DNA from: Octopus vulgaris
Taxonomy: Eukaryota
Direction of reading: 5' to 3'
Assembly: GCA_951406725.2 (NCBI GenBank)
Contig: OX597829.1
Span: forward strand, 22,568,001 to 22,632,000
Length of the DNA: 64,000 nt
Each line of letters begins with the position of its first letter. Positions within the stretch are counted from its first letter, which is position 1. The translations under genes were made by a program, and so were the position numbers. The notes below the pieces were generated by a model. That model was not told the origin of the DNA. It did not search any database and was given only the letters and a program-made list of their open reading frames with translations. Below, piece by piece: positions 1-13,934 of the stretch.

Positions 1-373
1 CTCTCCCTTTCTTTCTCTCTTTCTCTCTCTCTCTCTCACACACACACACACTTCCACACACGACTTAAATAAGCTGTTGAACGTACATGTGTTCAGTTTT
101 ATTCATCGCGTTTATACATGTTTATTGGTAAGGAAGAAAACACGGCAAGATATTTCCACGGATGTTGTTTCTTTGTTGCCAACACAAAGACATCTCGTTG
201 ACGTGAAAAGTAGGGAATCCGGCATATATATACATATCTATACACACACACATCTACGCAGCCATACATATTAATATAAATACATGTAATTTTATGAATA
301 CACCACGCAAGTACGTGTGGCTATATATATATATATGTATATACACATATATGTGTGTGTGTGTGTATGCATT

Positions 374-740
374 GTTTCGGTCAGTTGACTGTGGCCATGC
401 TGGAGTACCATCTTAAGGGTGATAGTCGAAGAAATCGACCCCAGGACTTATTCTTTGTAAGCCTAATACTTATCCTTATCGGTCTGCCTTTGCCGAACCG
501 CCAGGTTGCGTGGACATAAACACACCAGCATCGGTTGTCAAGCGATGGCTGGGGAGGGACAAGCACACATACACATGTATATATATATACACACACACAC
601 ACGACGGACTTTTTTCAGTTTCTGCCTACCAAATCCACTCACAAGGCTTTGGTCGACCCCCAGGTCAACTTGTCCAAGGCGTCACGTTGTGGATCAGAAC
701 CCGGAACTATGTGGTTGGGAAGCAAGCGTCTTACCACACA
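374..740 (-). mobile_element. SINE family A copy (diverged)
   Basis: Reverse-complement match to 879-1291 (tcagttgactgtggccatgctggag...accaaatccactcacaagg...cttaccacacag). Confidence 0.85.
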
Positions 741-745
741 GTATT

Positions 746-797
<52 letters not shown>

Positions 798-800
798 ATA

Positions 801-878
<78 letters not shown>

Positions 879-1291
879 GGCGCAGGAGTGGCTGTGTGGT
901 AAGTAGCTTGCTAACCAACCACATGATTCCGGGTTCAGTCCCACTGCGTGGCACTTTGGGCAAGTGTCTTCTGCTATAGCCCCGGCCCGACCAATGCCTT
1001 GTGAGTGGATTTGGTAGACGGAAACTGAAAGAAGCCTGTCGTATATATGTATATATATATGTGTGTGAATATGTTTGTGTGTCTGTGTTTGTTCCCCTAG
1101 CATTGCTTGACAACCGATGCTGGTGTGTTTACGTCCCTGTCACATAGCGGTTCGGCAAAAGAGGCCGATAGAATAAGTACTGGGCTTACAAAGAATAAGT
1201 CCCGGGGTCGATTTGCTCGACTAAAGGCGGTGCTCCAGCATGGCCGCAGTCAAATGACTGAAACAAGTAAAAAGAGTAAAAAAATAAAGAG
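879..1291 (+). mobile_element. tRNA-derived SINE family A, full length (most abundant repeat in window)
   Basis: Head GGCGCAGGAGTGGCTGTGTGGTAAG...GGTTCAGTCCC (A/B-box-like), internal (TA/TG)n, tail AAATGACTGAAACAAGTAAAAGAG repeats; about 20 copies or fragments in the window. Confidence 0.9.
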
Positions 1292-1351
1292 TATATATAT
1301 ATATGTATGTATATATATATATATGTATGTATATATATATATGTATGTATA

Positions 1352-1387
<36 letters not shown>

Positions 1388-1412
1388 TGTATGTATGTAT
1401 GTATGTATGTAT

Positions 1413-1623
1413 GTACGAAGAGAGCGTAATTCGACATGCAAAGGAACATGAAACCCAGTTACAACTACAGCCGGCTATTACCAGTAAAGGTCTTAGTTGC
1501 CAATTCTGTACAAGACATTGTAGATCTTTAGCTGGGCTAAAAAGTCACATTCGATCACAGCACCAATGACAGTTAAGCTTCGTGCAATGGCCGTACTCGA
1601 TAACGAGGGGACAGAGCCATCAT
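1413..1623 (+). mobile_element. 3' end of RTE-type LINE (C-terminal C2H2 zinc finger + 3'UTR), 5'-truncated
   Basis: Translates [22 protein letters not shown] then stop; tail GCAATGGCCGTACTCGATAACGAGGGG..GCCATCAT; flanked by (TATG)n. Confidence 0.7.
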
Positions 1624-1671
1624 GTATGTATGTATGTGTGTAATCAAGACATCGTAAGGAAGGGAGATCCA

Positions 1672-1889
1672 TACTCTTTACTCTTTTACTCTTTTACTTG
1701 TTTCAGTCATTTGACTGCGGCCATGCTGGAGCACCGCCTTTAGTCGAGCAAATCGACCCCGAGACTTATTATTTGTAAGCCCAGTGCTTATTCTATCGGT
1801 CTCTTTTGCCGAACCGCTAAGTGACGGGGACGTAAACACACCAGCATCGGTTGTCAAGCAATGCTAGGGGGACAAACACAGACACACAA

Positions 1890-1950
<61 letters not shown>

Positions 1951-2110
1951 TACGACAGGCTTCTTTCAGTTTCCGTCTACCAAATCCACTCACAAGGCAT
2001 TGGTCGGCCCGGGGCTATAGCAGAAGACACTTGCCCAAGATGCCACGCAGTGGGACTGAACCCGGAACCATGTGGTTGGTTAGCAAGCTACTTACCACAC
2101 AGCCACTCCT
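1672..2110 (-). mobile_element. SINE family A copy
   Basis: Near-identical reverse complement of 879-1291. Confidence 0.9.
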
Positions 2111-2499
2111 TCGAAAATGATTTATTACGAGTATTATTCGCATTGAATTCCAGTCCGGCACGTGTTTCTGCTAGAAAAGTGTCCTTGACTCAGCATTTGC
2201 GTGCATTTAGTTGATTCAGTCGCAGTAGATATTCCTCAAAGGTAGACATTCCTTTGCAGCTTTGTTCAAGATTTTAACCATGCAGATGGCGCGCGCGCGC
2301 GCGCGCGTGTGTGTGTGTGTTGCAATACTAATCTATGTATGTATGTATGTATATAGGTAAAGTTGACTTCGGTGATATTTGAACTTGGTATGTAGAAGAA
2401 AAAAAAATGGAAGAAATGCTACTTGCCATTTTTTCCGGCGTGGTAACAATTCTGCCAGCTCACCATCTTATATAAACATGAATACATGCATATATTCAA

Positions 2500-2531
<32 letters not shown>

Positions 2532-2747
2532 TCAAACATACATACATACATACATACATATATTCAAACATACATACATACATACATACATACATGCATG
2601 CATTCATGCATACATGCATTCATACATACATACACACATACATACGTACGTACATACATGCATACATATATACAAACTTACAAACCTACATATATGCATA
2701 CATATATACATATAAACATACATTCATACGTACAAACCTACATACAT

Positions 2748-2915
2748 AGGAGTGGCTGTGTGGTAAGTAGCTTGCTTACCAACCACATGGTTCCGGGTTC
2801 AGTCCCACTGCGTGGCATCTTGGGCAAGTGTCTTCTGCTATAGCCTCGGACCGACCAATGCCTTGTGAGTGGATTTGGTAGACGGAAACTGAAAGAAGCC
2901 TGTCGTATATATGTG

Positions 2916-2948
<33 letters not shown>

Positions 2949-3165
2949 ATATGTTTGTGTGTCTGTGTTTGTCCCCCCAGCATTGCTTGACAACCGATGC
3001 TGGTGTGTTTACGTCCCCGTCACTTAGCGGTTCGGCAAAAGAGACCGATAGAAGAAGTACTAGGCTTACAAAGAATAAGTCCCGGGGTCGATTTGCTCGA
3101 CTAAAGGTGGTGCTCCAGCATGGCCGCAGTCAAATGACTGAAACAAGTAAAAGAGTTAAAAGAGT
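2748..3165 (+). mobile_element. SINE family A copy
   Basis: Near-identical to 879-1291. Confidence 0.9.
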
Positions 3166-3530
3166 ATACATGCATACGTACATACATTAGAGGCATGCAT
3201 GCATGCGCGCATAGATACATATATACAAACGTACATACATATACACATACATACGTACGCATGTACATACATACATTAGAAGCCTGCTAGCGCGCATACA
3301 TACGTGTATACGTGCATACGTACATGTATACATAAATACATACAAACACATATACATATATACATACATACATACATACATACATGCATACGTACATACA
3401 TTAGAAGCATGCTAGCGCGCATACGTACGTGTATACATACACACATACATATATACATACATACATACATACACACACACATACATACATACATACATAC
3501 ATACATACATACATACATACATACATACAT

Positions 3531-3561
<31 letters not shown>

Positions 3562-3582
3562 TACATACATACATACATACAT

Positions 3583-3950
3583 CAGCTCCCTCTGGATGCG
3601 AATGTGATTAGAAAAACACTAAAGATGACATCTATAGACCACTGGTAAAGAGTTTGCAAATCCAGTAACGAAGCAGTTTCATACCTATTATTATTGGAAC
3701 AATAGGCTGCATACCAACCTATCTGGAACAAAGTCTGGCTGTCCTTGTCATCTTGGGGCGAGAATGCACGTCCTTAATGCATACACTACAAATGACCACG
3801 ATATCTGGGACTATAAATATCTACAAGACATTCTTAAGATTTAAAGGATGACAGTTAAACAAGGATAACTAACTGTTCCTTCACAACTTTGACACCAAGT
3901 AGGTAGCCGGGCAAAATTTACTTATAAAATTAAAACGACAAAGAGAAGAA
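3583..3950 (+). mobile_element. 3' fragment of RLE-type (R4/Dong-like) non-LTR retrotransposon
   Basis: Frameshifted translation PLDANVIRK..IPIIIGTIGCIPTYLEQSLAVL..LQMTTISGTINIYKTFLRF parallels the C-terminus of 4682-5995 (SCPADVNI..FIPVIVGALG..LQIHSITGTVKICKTF). Confidence 0.7.
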
Positions 3951-4681
3951 CATGCATACATACATACATACATACATACATACATACATACATACATGCA
4001 AACATACATACATACATACATACATACATGCATACATACATACATACATACATACATACATACATACATACATACATACATACATGCATGCATGCATGCA
4101 TGCATACATACATACATACATGCATGCATGCATGCATGCATGCATGCATACATACATACATACATACATACATACATACATACATACATACATACATACA
4201 TACATACACACATACATACATACATACATACATACATACATACATACATACATACATACATACATACATACATACATACATACATACATACATACATACA
4301 TACACACATACATACAAGCATACATACACACATACATACATACATACATACATACATACATACATACATACATACATACAAGCATACATACATACATACA
4401 TACATACATACATACATACATACATACATACATACATACATACAAACATACATACATTCATACATACATACATACATACATACATACATACATACATACA
4501 TACATACAAGCATACATACATACATACATACATACATACATACATACATACATACATACATACATACATACATACATACATACATACATACAAGCATACA
4601 TACATACATACATACAAGCATACATACATTCATACATACATACATACATACATACATACATACATACATACATACATACAT

Positions 4682-5995
4682 AAATTACATTGGACCTCAG
4701 AACTCTCTGCATTCAATAAAACAGTGGCCCACAATGTGTTTGCAGTGCCAGTACTCATACCAACATTTGGGCCGCTTGATTGGACGCTTGATGAGATTCG
4801 AGCCATTCATGTGAAAACCCGAAAAATACTAACACGCATATATAATTTCCACATTAACAGTGACGTAGACCGCTTCTACCTGAAACGTAAACAAGGCAGC
4901 AGAGGTTTACGATCGATCAAAATTGCCTTTGAATGTCGCATCATATCCCTTTTAACCACCAAGCGTCGAAGTTCATCCCTTGACTAATTTCGCACATATA
5001 AGACTGATAATATCATAAGATTGGAAGGCAACTCCTTGAGCATTACTCTTTGTTTGATAACCTAGAATACATGCCCAAAGAAGTCCAACTACTCAACTGC
5101 AACATATCAGATGAAAGGATGAGTCTATATCAGCAGAAGACTATGCATAGATATGTTAGTAGAAAGCTCCGTGATGATAGTAACATCGATCATCAAAGCA
5201 GTCTATCATGGACTAATAGCCGGATTACTGCCTCCCACTTTGAAGGGTATGTGCTTGCAATCCAGGAACAGAAAATATCAACCAAGTACTTGATGCACAA
5301 AAGTGATAGAGATGCAGGAAAAGCTGTAAAATGCACTTTGTGGAGTTCACACTGAAGATATCACCCACATCATAAGCAGTTGTCTGAAAATGTCATCACG
5401 GTATTATCTACCGATGAGACATGACGTTGTAGCAAGGACACTATAATGAAATCCGTCGGAAAGATAATCCCGAGGACAAAGAAATAAAAACCCACAATAT
5501 GGTAGAAGCTATAGCCATTCATAATAAAAAGGGGTACTGGTGGAATATACCAGTGAATACCTCACTAAAATGTAAACACAACAGACCTGATATAATGATT
5601 TGGGATATAGAAGAGAAACTGTATACAATTGTAGAAATTAGCTGCCCAGCAGATGTTAATATAAAGCTGAAGATCAGTGAAAAAAGGAATACCTATGCTG
5701 AACTATTGAGAAAACTGCAGTTACTCTATCCAGATTACAAGTCCAGGTTTATACCTGTAATTGTTGGGGCCCTGGGATATGCAACACATTGCCTAAATGC
5801 CAATCTTTAGAAATTGGGCTTCTCAAAACCAGAAAGGAGAAAGCAAATTCGAAAGCTACAGATCCACTCCATCACTGGGACTGTAAAAATCTGTAAAACT
5901 TTCCAGAAGTTTATCATTTAAATATATATGACCATGTGTAGATATGTAACAATATACATGAGAATACATACATAAAATATAAAAAATCTGCACGT
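4682..5995 (+). mobile_element. Decayed 5'-truncated R4/Dong-like non-LTR retrotransposon (RT thumb, zinc-knuckle region, restriction-like endonuclease)
   Basis: FAVPVLIPTFG..KTRKILT..HINSDVDRFYLKRKQGSRGL; EGYVLAIQEQ; HIISSC..RHD; HNRPDIMIWD..IVEISCP..FIPVIVGALG; several stops and frameshifts. Confidence 0.85.
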
Positions 5996-6009
5996 ACATA
6001 CATACATAT

Positions 6010-6601
6010 ATGGTGGCTGCCCCCTCGTTATCGAGTATGGCCATTGCACGAAGCTTAATCAATGTTGTTATCGAGTATGGCCATTGCACGAAGCTTAATC
6101 AATGTTGTTATCGTGCAATGCCTGTGCAGAAGATTTTTATTTGAAGTGAGGAAAGGCTGTGCACTGAGTCAATCCCACTCACTAAGCAACAGCAGCCATA
6201 ATCCGAAAAGAAGAACAAGTCAACATCATCGGTAACCACTGAGCCGCAGATTTTATGTCGGAGTTATCCCAGTTTCCTGAGTTACCTTCTCCTAGAAGGA
6301 CGCCCTAACAAAGGCTAGGAGTCCTTCACTCCCAATGGTTTAACCGCGCGGTCGGGTATTCAGTCCGATTATTTCTATCACCCCGCGCATGATACATCCT
6401 TAAGACATTTATTGAATGGCCGTTGACTCTCAAGAGTTCCTCTGCCTTTTGACGGGTTTTGTTTTTCATTCCGCAGGGTGTCCAATAAACACCCTCCTCA
6501 CCAAGCAAGCTTGGTGGGGTTGCCGGTTTAGTCGCCGACGATCCGACCATGCAACAGTTTGTACTGGGCTACATGTTACCGGTAGAACTCGAAAGTGACC
6601 T
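6010..6601 (-). mobile_element. Non-autonomous element ending in the RTE 3' tail (RTE 5'UTR-like head)
   Basis: 3' end identical in motif to the tail at 1575-1623; second copy at 24396-24920; internal ~41-bp tandem duplication at 6027-6113. Confidence 0.7.
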
Positions 6602-7200
6602 GACATACATACATACATACATACATACATACATACATACATACATACATACATACATACATACATGCATGCATGCATACATGCATACATACATACATAC
6701 ATACATGCATGCATGCATGCATGCATACATACATACATACATACATACATACATACATACATACATACATACATGCATGCATGCATGCATGCATGCATAC
6801 ATACATACATACATACATACATTACATACATGCATGCATACATACATACATACATGCATGCATGCATGCATGCATACATACATACATACATACATGCATG
6901 CATGCATGCATACATACATACATACATACATACATACATACATACACACGTACATACATACATACATACATACATACATACATACATACATACATACATA
7001 CATACATACATGCATGCATGCATACATACATACATACATACATACATACATGCATGCATGCATACATGCATACATACATACACACACATACACACACATA
7101 CATACATACATACATACATACATGCATACATACATACATGCATACATACATACATACATACATACATACATACATACATACATACATACATACATACATA
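6602..7200. repeat. (CATA)n/(CATG)n microsatellite
   Basis: Direct tandem array. Confidence 0.95.
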
Positions 7201-7335
7201 CGATGAGGCGGCACCTGCTATTTAAACTAGAACATACGATCGTAAAACAATCCAAGTTATACAATTGAAGCATGGCACCTGTAATACGTACAGGCTCACT
7301 TTTTTCATTTGTCTCTTATAAAAATTAAAGCTCTA

Positions 7336-7915
7336 GGCGCAGGAGTGGCTGTGTGGTAAGTAGCTTGCTAACCAAGCACATGGTTCCGGGTTCAGTCCCA
7401 CTGCGTGGCATCTTGGACAAGTGTCTTCTGCTATAGCCCCGGGCCGACCAATGCCTTGTGAGTGGATTTGGTAAACGGAAACTGAAAGAAGCCTGTCGTA
7501 TATATGTATATATATGTGTATGCGTGTGTTTGTGTGTCTGTGTTTGTCCCCCTAGCATTGCTTGACAACCGATGCTGGTGTGTTTAGGTCCCCGTCACTT
7601 AGCGGTTCGGCAAAAAGAGACCGATAGAATAAGTACTAAAAGGTGGTGCTCCAGCATGGCCGCAGTCAAATGACTGAAACAAGTAAAAGAGTAAAGAGTA
7701 AAGAGTATATATATATGTATGTGTGTGTGTGTGTGTTTGTCCCCCTAGCATTGCTGGTGTGTTTACGTCCCCGTCACTTAGCGGTTCAGCAAAAGAGACC
7801 GATAGAATAAGTACTAGGCTTACAAAGAATAAGTCCTGGGGTCGATTTGCTCGACTAAAGGCGGTGCTCCAGCATGGCCGCAATCAAATGACTGTAACAA
7901 GTAAAAGAGTAAGAG
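7336..7915 (+). mobile_element. SINE family A with internal deletion, followed by a duplicated 3' half
   Basis: Head at 7336; tail at ~7700; second 3' half at ~7725-7915. Confidence 0.85.
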
Positions 7916-8256
7916 TTTATGTTAAAATCTCATTTGTTATCTGTATTCATTTGATCTATCTAAGGTATCCACTACATGCCTAAGAAGTTGGCTTCCCAAC
8001 CACAGGGTCCCTTGTTCAGTCCCGACCCGTGGCACCTTTGGCAAGTGTCCTTTTGGATAAAACACACACATGGTCGTGAGATCGTGGTTTCAGTTCCTGG
8101 AATAGGTGGTGCGTGGTGTACTTGGAGGATTACCATCTATCGTACTCAATGAAAAATATTTTCATACCGCCAAAGAAAGTATATCTAAAAAAAAAAATTA
8201 AAAAAACTGAGTGAAAAACAAAAAACAGATAAACCCACAAGCCTTCGACGTGTGAC

Positions 8257-8304
8257 TAGTTTGAAAAATGCCAATGCACGAAACTCTCGAATCTTGAGTC
8301 ACTA
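8257..8304 (+). ncRNA. Type I hammerhead ribozyme motif, U3-A8 core variant, GUC cleavage triplet
   Basis: TAGT-TTGAAAA-aTGC caat GCAc-GAAA-CTC tcgaatctt GAG-TC-ACTA: stems I, II and III all pair. Confidence 0.6.
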
Positions 8305-8471
8305 TGTTATTTCTACTAAATATTAAGGAAAATATACATATACTCTATTTTTCTTCTGTGTATCAACATAACTGTGTGTATACATACATAACTACATATA
8401 TAAAAAATAGCAGCCTACGTACACTTTGGTACACATATGCATATATATATATGCATATATATATATATATA

Positions 8472-8508
<37 letters not shown>

Positions 8509-8614
8509 TTTATATTATTATTTGATTGAATGCCACGCATCCATTTCCAAGTAAGTTTATATATATATATATATGTATGTATATATGTATGTATATATGT
8601 ATGTATGTATTCTA

Positions 8615-8825
8615 TTACTCGTTTCAGTCATTTGACTGCGGTTGTGCTGGAGCACCGCCTTTAGTCAATTAAATCGACCCAGGACTCATTCTTTGTAAGC
8701 CTAGGACTTATTCTATCACTGTTTTTTTTCTTTCCGAACCGCCAAGTTACGGGGAAGTAAACACACTAACATCGGTCGTAAAGCGATATTGGGCGGACAA
8801 GCACAGGCACACAAATACACACACG

Positions 8826-8895
<70 letters not shown>

Positions 8896-9051
8896 CGACG
8901 GGCTTCTTTCAGTTTCCCTCTACCAAATCCATTCACAAGGCTTTGGTCGGCTCGAGGCTATAATAGAAGACACTTACCAAAGGTGCCACGCATTGGGACT
9001 GATTCCAGAACAATGTGGTTGGGAAGCAAGCTTCTTACCACTCATCCACGC

Positions 9052-9057
<6 letters not shown>
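8615..9057 (-). mobile_element. SINE family A copy (diverged)
   Basis: Reverse-complement similarity to family A. Confidence 0.85.
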
Positions 9058-9135
<78 letters not shown>

Positions 9136-9169
9136 GTGTGTGTGCGTGTGTGACAAAATAGTGTTTACG

Positions 9170-9970
9170 TCTTGTTAAACGGTGAAAATTTTATTGTTTA
9201 ATATGAGGCTGTTCCACCTTTGGTATCAACCACAATTTTTTATACGTCAATGGCGTACACGTTCTAAACGGTTGTTTGGAGAATTTCGAGTCATTCTCCA
9301 AATATAATCCGCTTTAGCTCTTTCAGTGACGATGGCATAGGTTGTTAAGCGGTTCCTTTCTGGCTGCTATGAATGCACTATGAATATTCGATTATAGTGA
9401 GATCTGGTGGTTTTGGCAGCCAATTCAAATGGCCTACTTCACTTTCGTGCTCTTTGAACCAACTTAGAATAACATTAGCAATATTCATTGGCGCATTACC
9501 AGTCTGGAAGATGGTGCAACTATCAAGGAACAATGTTTGTACAATTGGAGGGACATTATCGGTCATAATACACAGATAATCTTTGGTATTAATTCTGTCC
9601 AGTAGAAGAATTAAAAGGCCAAGAGAATTCTTAAATCAACATAGAACCACCTCGACGCTTCATAGTAGAGACCAAACGGTCAGAGTTGAAGGCTTCTTTC
9701 GGTTCTTTCCGGACATAAACTTGCCCCGATGTGAGGGAAAAAAAAGGTGAATGATAATTCGTCAGAAAATTACCTTGCTTCATTTAGCCATTGACTACTT
9801 CTCGTAGTCTAGACCGATTGTGCTTGCCAGAACTGGTTTTATTCTGGTTTTAGAGGCTGTTCTTCTCGAAGCATTAAACAATTCATTGTCTGAAGATATA
9901 GCCGTCCGCGCGCCAACAATTTGTCTTCTTTGGAAATCAGATACGTCAGACATTTTAATTGGTTTAAATA
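9170..9970 (-). mobile_element. Tc1-like transposase relic
   Basis: ORF 9378-9566: IFQTGNAP..WFKEH..LNWLPKPPDLTIIE, matching the Tc1 FQQDNAP / WPxxSPDLNPIE motifs. Confidence 0.8.
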
Positions 9971-10006
9971 CGAGTGTGTATATATATATATATATGTATA
10001 TATATA

Positions 10007-11000
10007 CAGGGTGGGTGGAAATTAACTAGGCATTAGAAATTGGTTATAAAAATTTTAGTATCACTGAAGACATGACGAAAACATTTTTTTAACAGATAAC
10101 ACTAATGAGGATTTCTTATTTTCTTATTGTCTTATTTTTTACTAGCAGTTTCGCCCGGCGTTGCTCGGGTTTGTAAGGGAAATAACTATATAAGCATTTT
10201 TAGAGAGTTACTTTCCTTATATAATAGCAAAAAAATGCATTAAAAATGGGAAAAAATTATGGTAATTTTTTTTTTTAATCGTAGACTCATCATAGACGCG
10301 CGCTAATAGCCAGAAGGGCTCGATATGAATCACGACTATAAGATACCCGGTTTTGGTTAAACTGCACCGCAAAATGTGGGAGTAGTTTGGAATCTAAATC
10401 GTAGGAGACAGACACACAACTTCACTTTTATATATAAAGATTTCTTATTTTCCAGACGGCCGGTCACTTGACTGTTCAGGAGCGAACCAAGATAGCCGCA
10501 CGCTATGAAGTGTGGAATTCAACTATTTTGGTTTAGAGATGGTGGCGTGCATGGAAAGATAAGCATGCAACACTAAGTTCGGAGACAATAAAAAGTTGTC
10601 GTGCAAAGCTGATGACCACGAACTCTGTGAACGATGCAAGAAAAAGTGGCCGTCCAATCACATCCCGATCGGCGGGGAACGTGGCAACTGTGCAGGAAAT
10701 GTTTACTCGCAGCCCGCAAAATTCAACACGTCAAGTAGCTCGTGAAAGTGGACTAACACGACACAATACGTACGGTGTTTCATGAAGAACTGAATTTTCG
10801 TCCGTAGAAACCCCATTTTACGTGCAGGAGCTAAAGCCTGAACACTGTCACTGCTGAAGCCCAGAAGTCCAGAACTTCGAGCGGTTCAGATCTCATTCCA
10901 CGAGGCGATATACAAGCCAAAACCTCGCAAACTGGGAGAGTTGGAGACACTGATTCAGGAGGTTCTCAGTGATATTCCAGACAACGTCCTTCAGAAGGAT
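10007..11000 (+). mobile_element. Tc1/mariner-superfamily transposase relic (N-terminal HTH), interrupted by a Helitron
   Basis: TA|CAGGGTGG TIR-like start; translation QERTKIAARYEVWNS..SVNDARKSGRP..NVATVQEMFTRSPQNSTRQVARESG..YVQELKP. Confidence 0.65.
10142..10440 (-). mobile_element. Non-autonomous Helitron family H1 (internally deleted)
   Basis: On the minus strand: A|TC start; 3' hairpin CCCGAGCAACGCCGGG followed by CTAG|T. Confidence 0.8.
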
Positions 11001-11011
11001 TTTATTACTAA

Positions 11012-11524
11012 CTAGCAGTATCGCCCGGCGTTGCTCGGGTTTGTAAGGGAAATAACTATATAAGCATTTTTAGAGAGTTACTTCCCTTATAGATGCCAAT
11101 TCGGGCTTTCTTAGCCATTTCTGTTTTGGTGTCTTCAAGCCATGAAGTCGTTGTTCTAAAAGAACACTGGTCTCCTTGACAACGCTTTACGACGTTGATT
11201 TCCTTACACTCCCTTTCCCACAGCTTCACGAGGGAGGGAAGAAGGGGAGAAGCAAACAAGTGCAGGTGTGACCATGGACGCCAACTCCGCCGCCATCGAC
11301 ACACGAAAAATTATGCATTAAAATGGAATAAAAAATGATGTTAAATTATTTTTAAAATCGTAGACTCATCGTAGACGCGCGCTAATACTCAGACGGGCTC
11401 GATATGAATCACGACTATAAGATACCCGAATTTGGTTAAACTGCACCGCAAAATGTGGGAGTAGTTAGGAATCTAAATCGAAGGGGGACAGACACTCACA
11501 CAACTACAGTTTTATATATATAGA
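11012..11524 (-). mobile_element. Non-autonomous Helitron family H1
   Basis: TC...hairpin-CTAG termini at an A|T target; near-identical to 61296-61799. Confidence 0.85.
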
Positions 11525-12409
<885 letters not shown>

Positions 12410-12411
<2 letters not shown>

Positions 12412-12571
12412 CTGCTGTACTCTTTCGCTACAACTTTCTCTCACTCTTTTTTTCTGTAGGCCTGCTCGCATAGCCAGCGGGGTGGCGTCATTTGAAGGCT
12501 AAAAAACAATGCGAAGCGCATTGTGACCAGCGATGTGTAGCAATATCTGATAGCCTGGTCGGTCACGTGAT

Positions 12572-12578
<7 letters not shown>
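12410..12578 (+). mobile_element. 5'-truncated SINE family C variant with a distinct tail
   Basis: Shares TGTACTCTTTCGCxACAACTTTCTCTCACTCT with the 16098 and 18444 elements; tail ends GGTCACGTGATCACGTGA. Confidence 0.55.
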
Positions 12579-12617
<39 letters not shown>

Positions 12618-13017
12618 AAGAAAAAAAAACAAGAATAAAAGTTAGATGCCTACATCAGGAAGTACAACACATACATAACGCATACAACCACACATATTCA
12701 GATTAGAACAGACATGAATTTGTCATATTGTCAATAGAAAAAAGAATTGTTAAATTAAAAGTGCTGTTTTCATTATTTTGCCCAATGCCTGCATACATAC
12801 ATACATGCATGCATACACACTCACACACACATACACACTAAAAGAAACTTAATATATACGTGCAAGGATATACACGCAAATACAATAGTATTTGCACGAG
12901 ACCAGTAATTTTTAGGGGAGGCGGAAATTCGAACCATTTCCAGTACTCGACTGGTACCTGTTTTATTGACCCCGAAGAGATAATAGGTAAGGACGACCTT
13001 GGTGGTATTTCAACTCA

Positions 13018-13247
13018 GCGGCGAGCTGGCAGAAACGTTAACACGCCGGGCGAAATGCTTAGCGGTATTTCGTCTGCCGTTACGTTCTGAGTTCTAATTC
13101 CGCCTAGGTCGACTTTGCCTTTCATCCTTTCGGGGTCGATTAAATAAGTACCAGTTACGCACTGGGGTCGATATAATCGACTTAATCCGTGTGTCTGTCC
13201 TTGTTTGTCCCCTCTGTGTTTAGCGCCTTGTGGGTAGTAAAGAAATA
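13018..13247 (+). mobile_element. tRNA-derived SINE family B (Meta-domain-like core) with TSD
   Basis: GGCGAGCTGGCAGAA..GAGTTCTAATTCC head; core GACTTTGCCTTTCATCCTTTCGGGGTCGA; TSD GGTATTTmAACTCAG at 13004-13018 and 13248-13262. Confidence 0.85.
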
Positions 13248-13448
13248 GGTATTTAAACTCAGGATATAAAAGAATCGAAAGAAAGGCTGTTAAGAATTAT
13301 ACATGTGTGTGCGTGCATGCATGTCTATGGGAGTGTTTATTGTTTAGCCAAGGGATAAAGGAATATCCATGAGTTCTTTCAAGACCTCCGAATGGCTAGA
13401 AGGAGGATAAAAAAAAAAAGGTATATCTTTAACCATAATGCTTATAAC

Positions 13449-13830
13449 ATACGAGGGTGTGCTGGGAAATTCTTGGCTTCAAGGTTATCGTGTAAGGCCT
13501 AATTGGAAGTCCAACCTTCCGAGTTCTTTTGCAAGACTTAGAAAAACTGAAGGACCACTGCATTAAATGTGTGAACTTGAGAGGGGAATATTTTGAATAA
13601 AATCATAATCAACTGATCCTCCTCTGTATGTGTGTGGGTGGGTGTAAATATATATATATATATATATATGCATACATACAAGGGCTTGCTGAAAAGTTCC
13701 TGACTTCAAGAGATTCGCGAATGACCTGTTTGGAGGCCCAACCTTCCGATTCTTTTACAGGTCTTAGAAATAACTGCAATAACTGTGTGAATATGAGAGA
13801 GGAATATGTTGAATAAAATCATAATTAACT
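13449..13830 (+). mobile_element. Two partial mariner-derived MITE copies
   Basis: TIR-like GTGCTGAAAAGTTCC starts; mariner C-terminus-like FTGLR..CVNMREEYVE; same family as 30388-30600. Confidence 0.6.
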
Positions 13831-13887
13831 TATTGTAGTTGATTCCATGAAAGGCGCTATTATTCCCTAAGATTTTAAATATATATA

Positions 13888-13930
<43 letters not shown>

Positions 13931-13934
<4 letters not shown>

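Larger units (their letters stand above)
2480..4681. repeat. (CATA)n/(CATG)n microsatellite field, interrupted by insertions
   Basis: Tandem CATA arrays at ~2480-2745, ~3170-3582 and 3950-4681. Confidence 0.95.

Noticed and set aside
802-1113. Recurrent short ORFs ([18 protein letters not shown]...)
   Set aside because: They are antisense translations of SINE family A.
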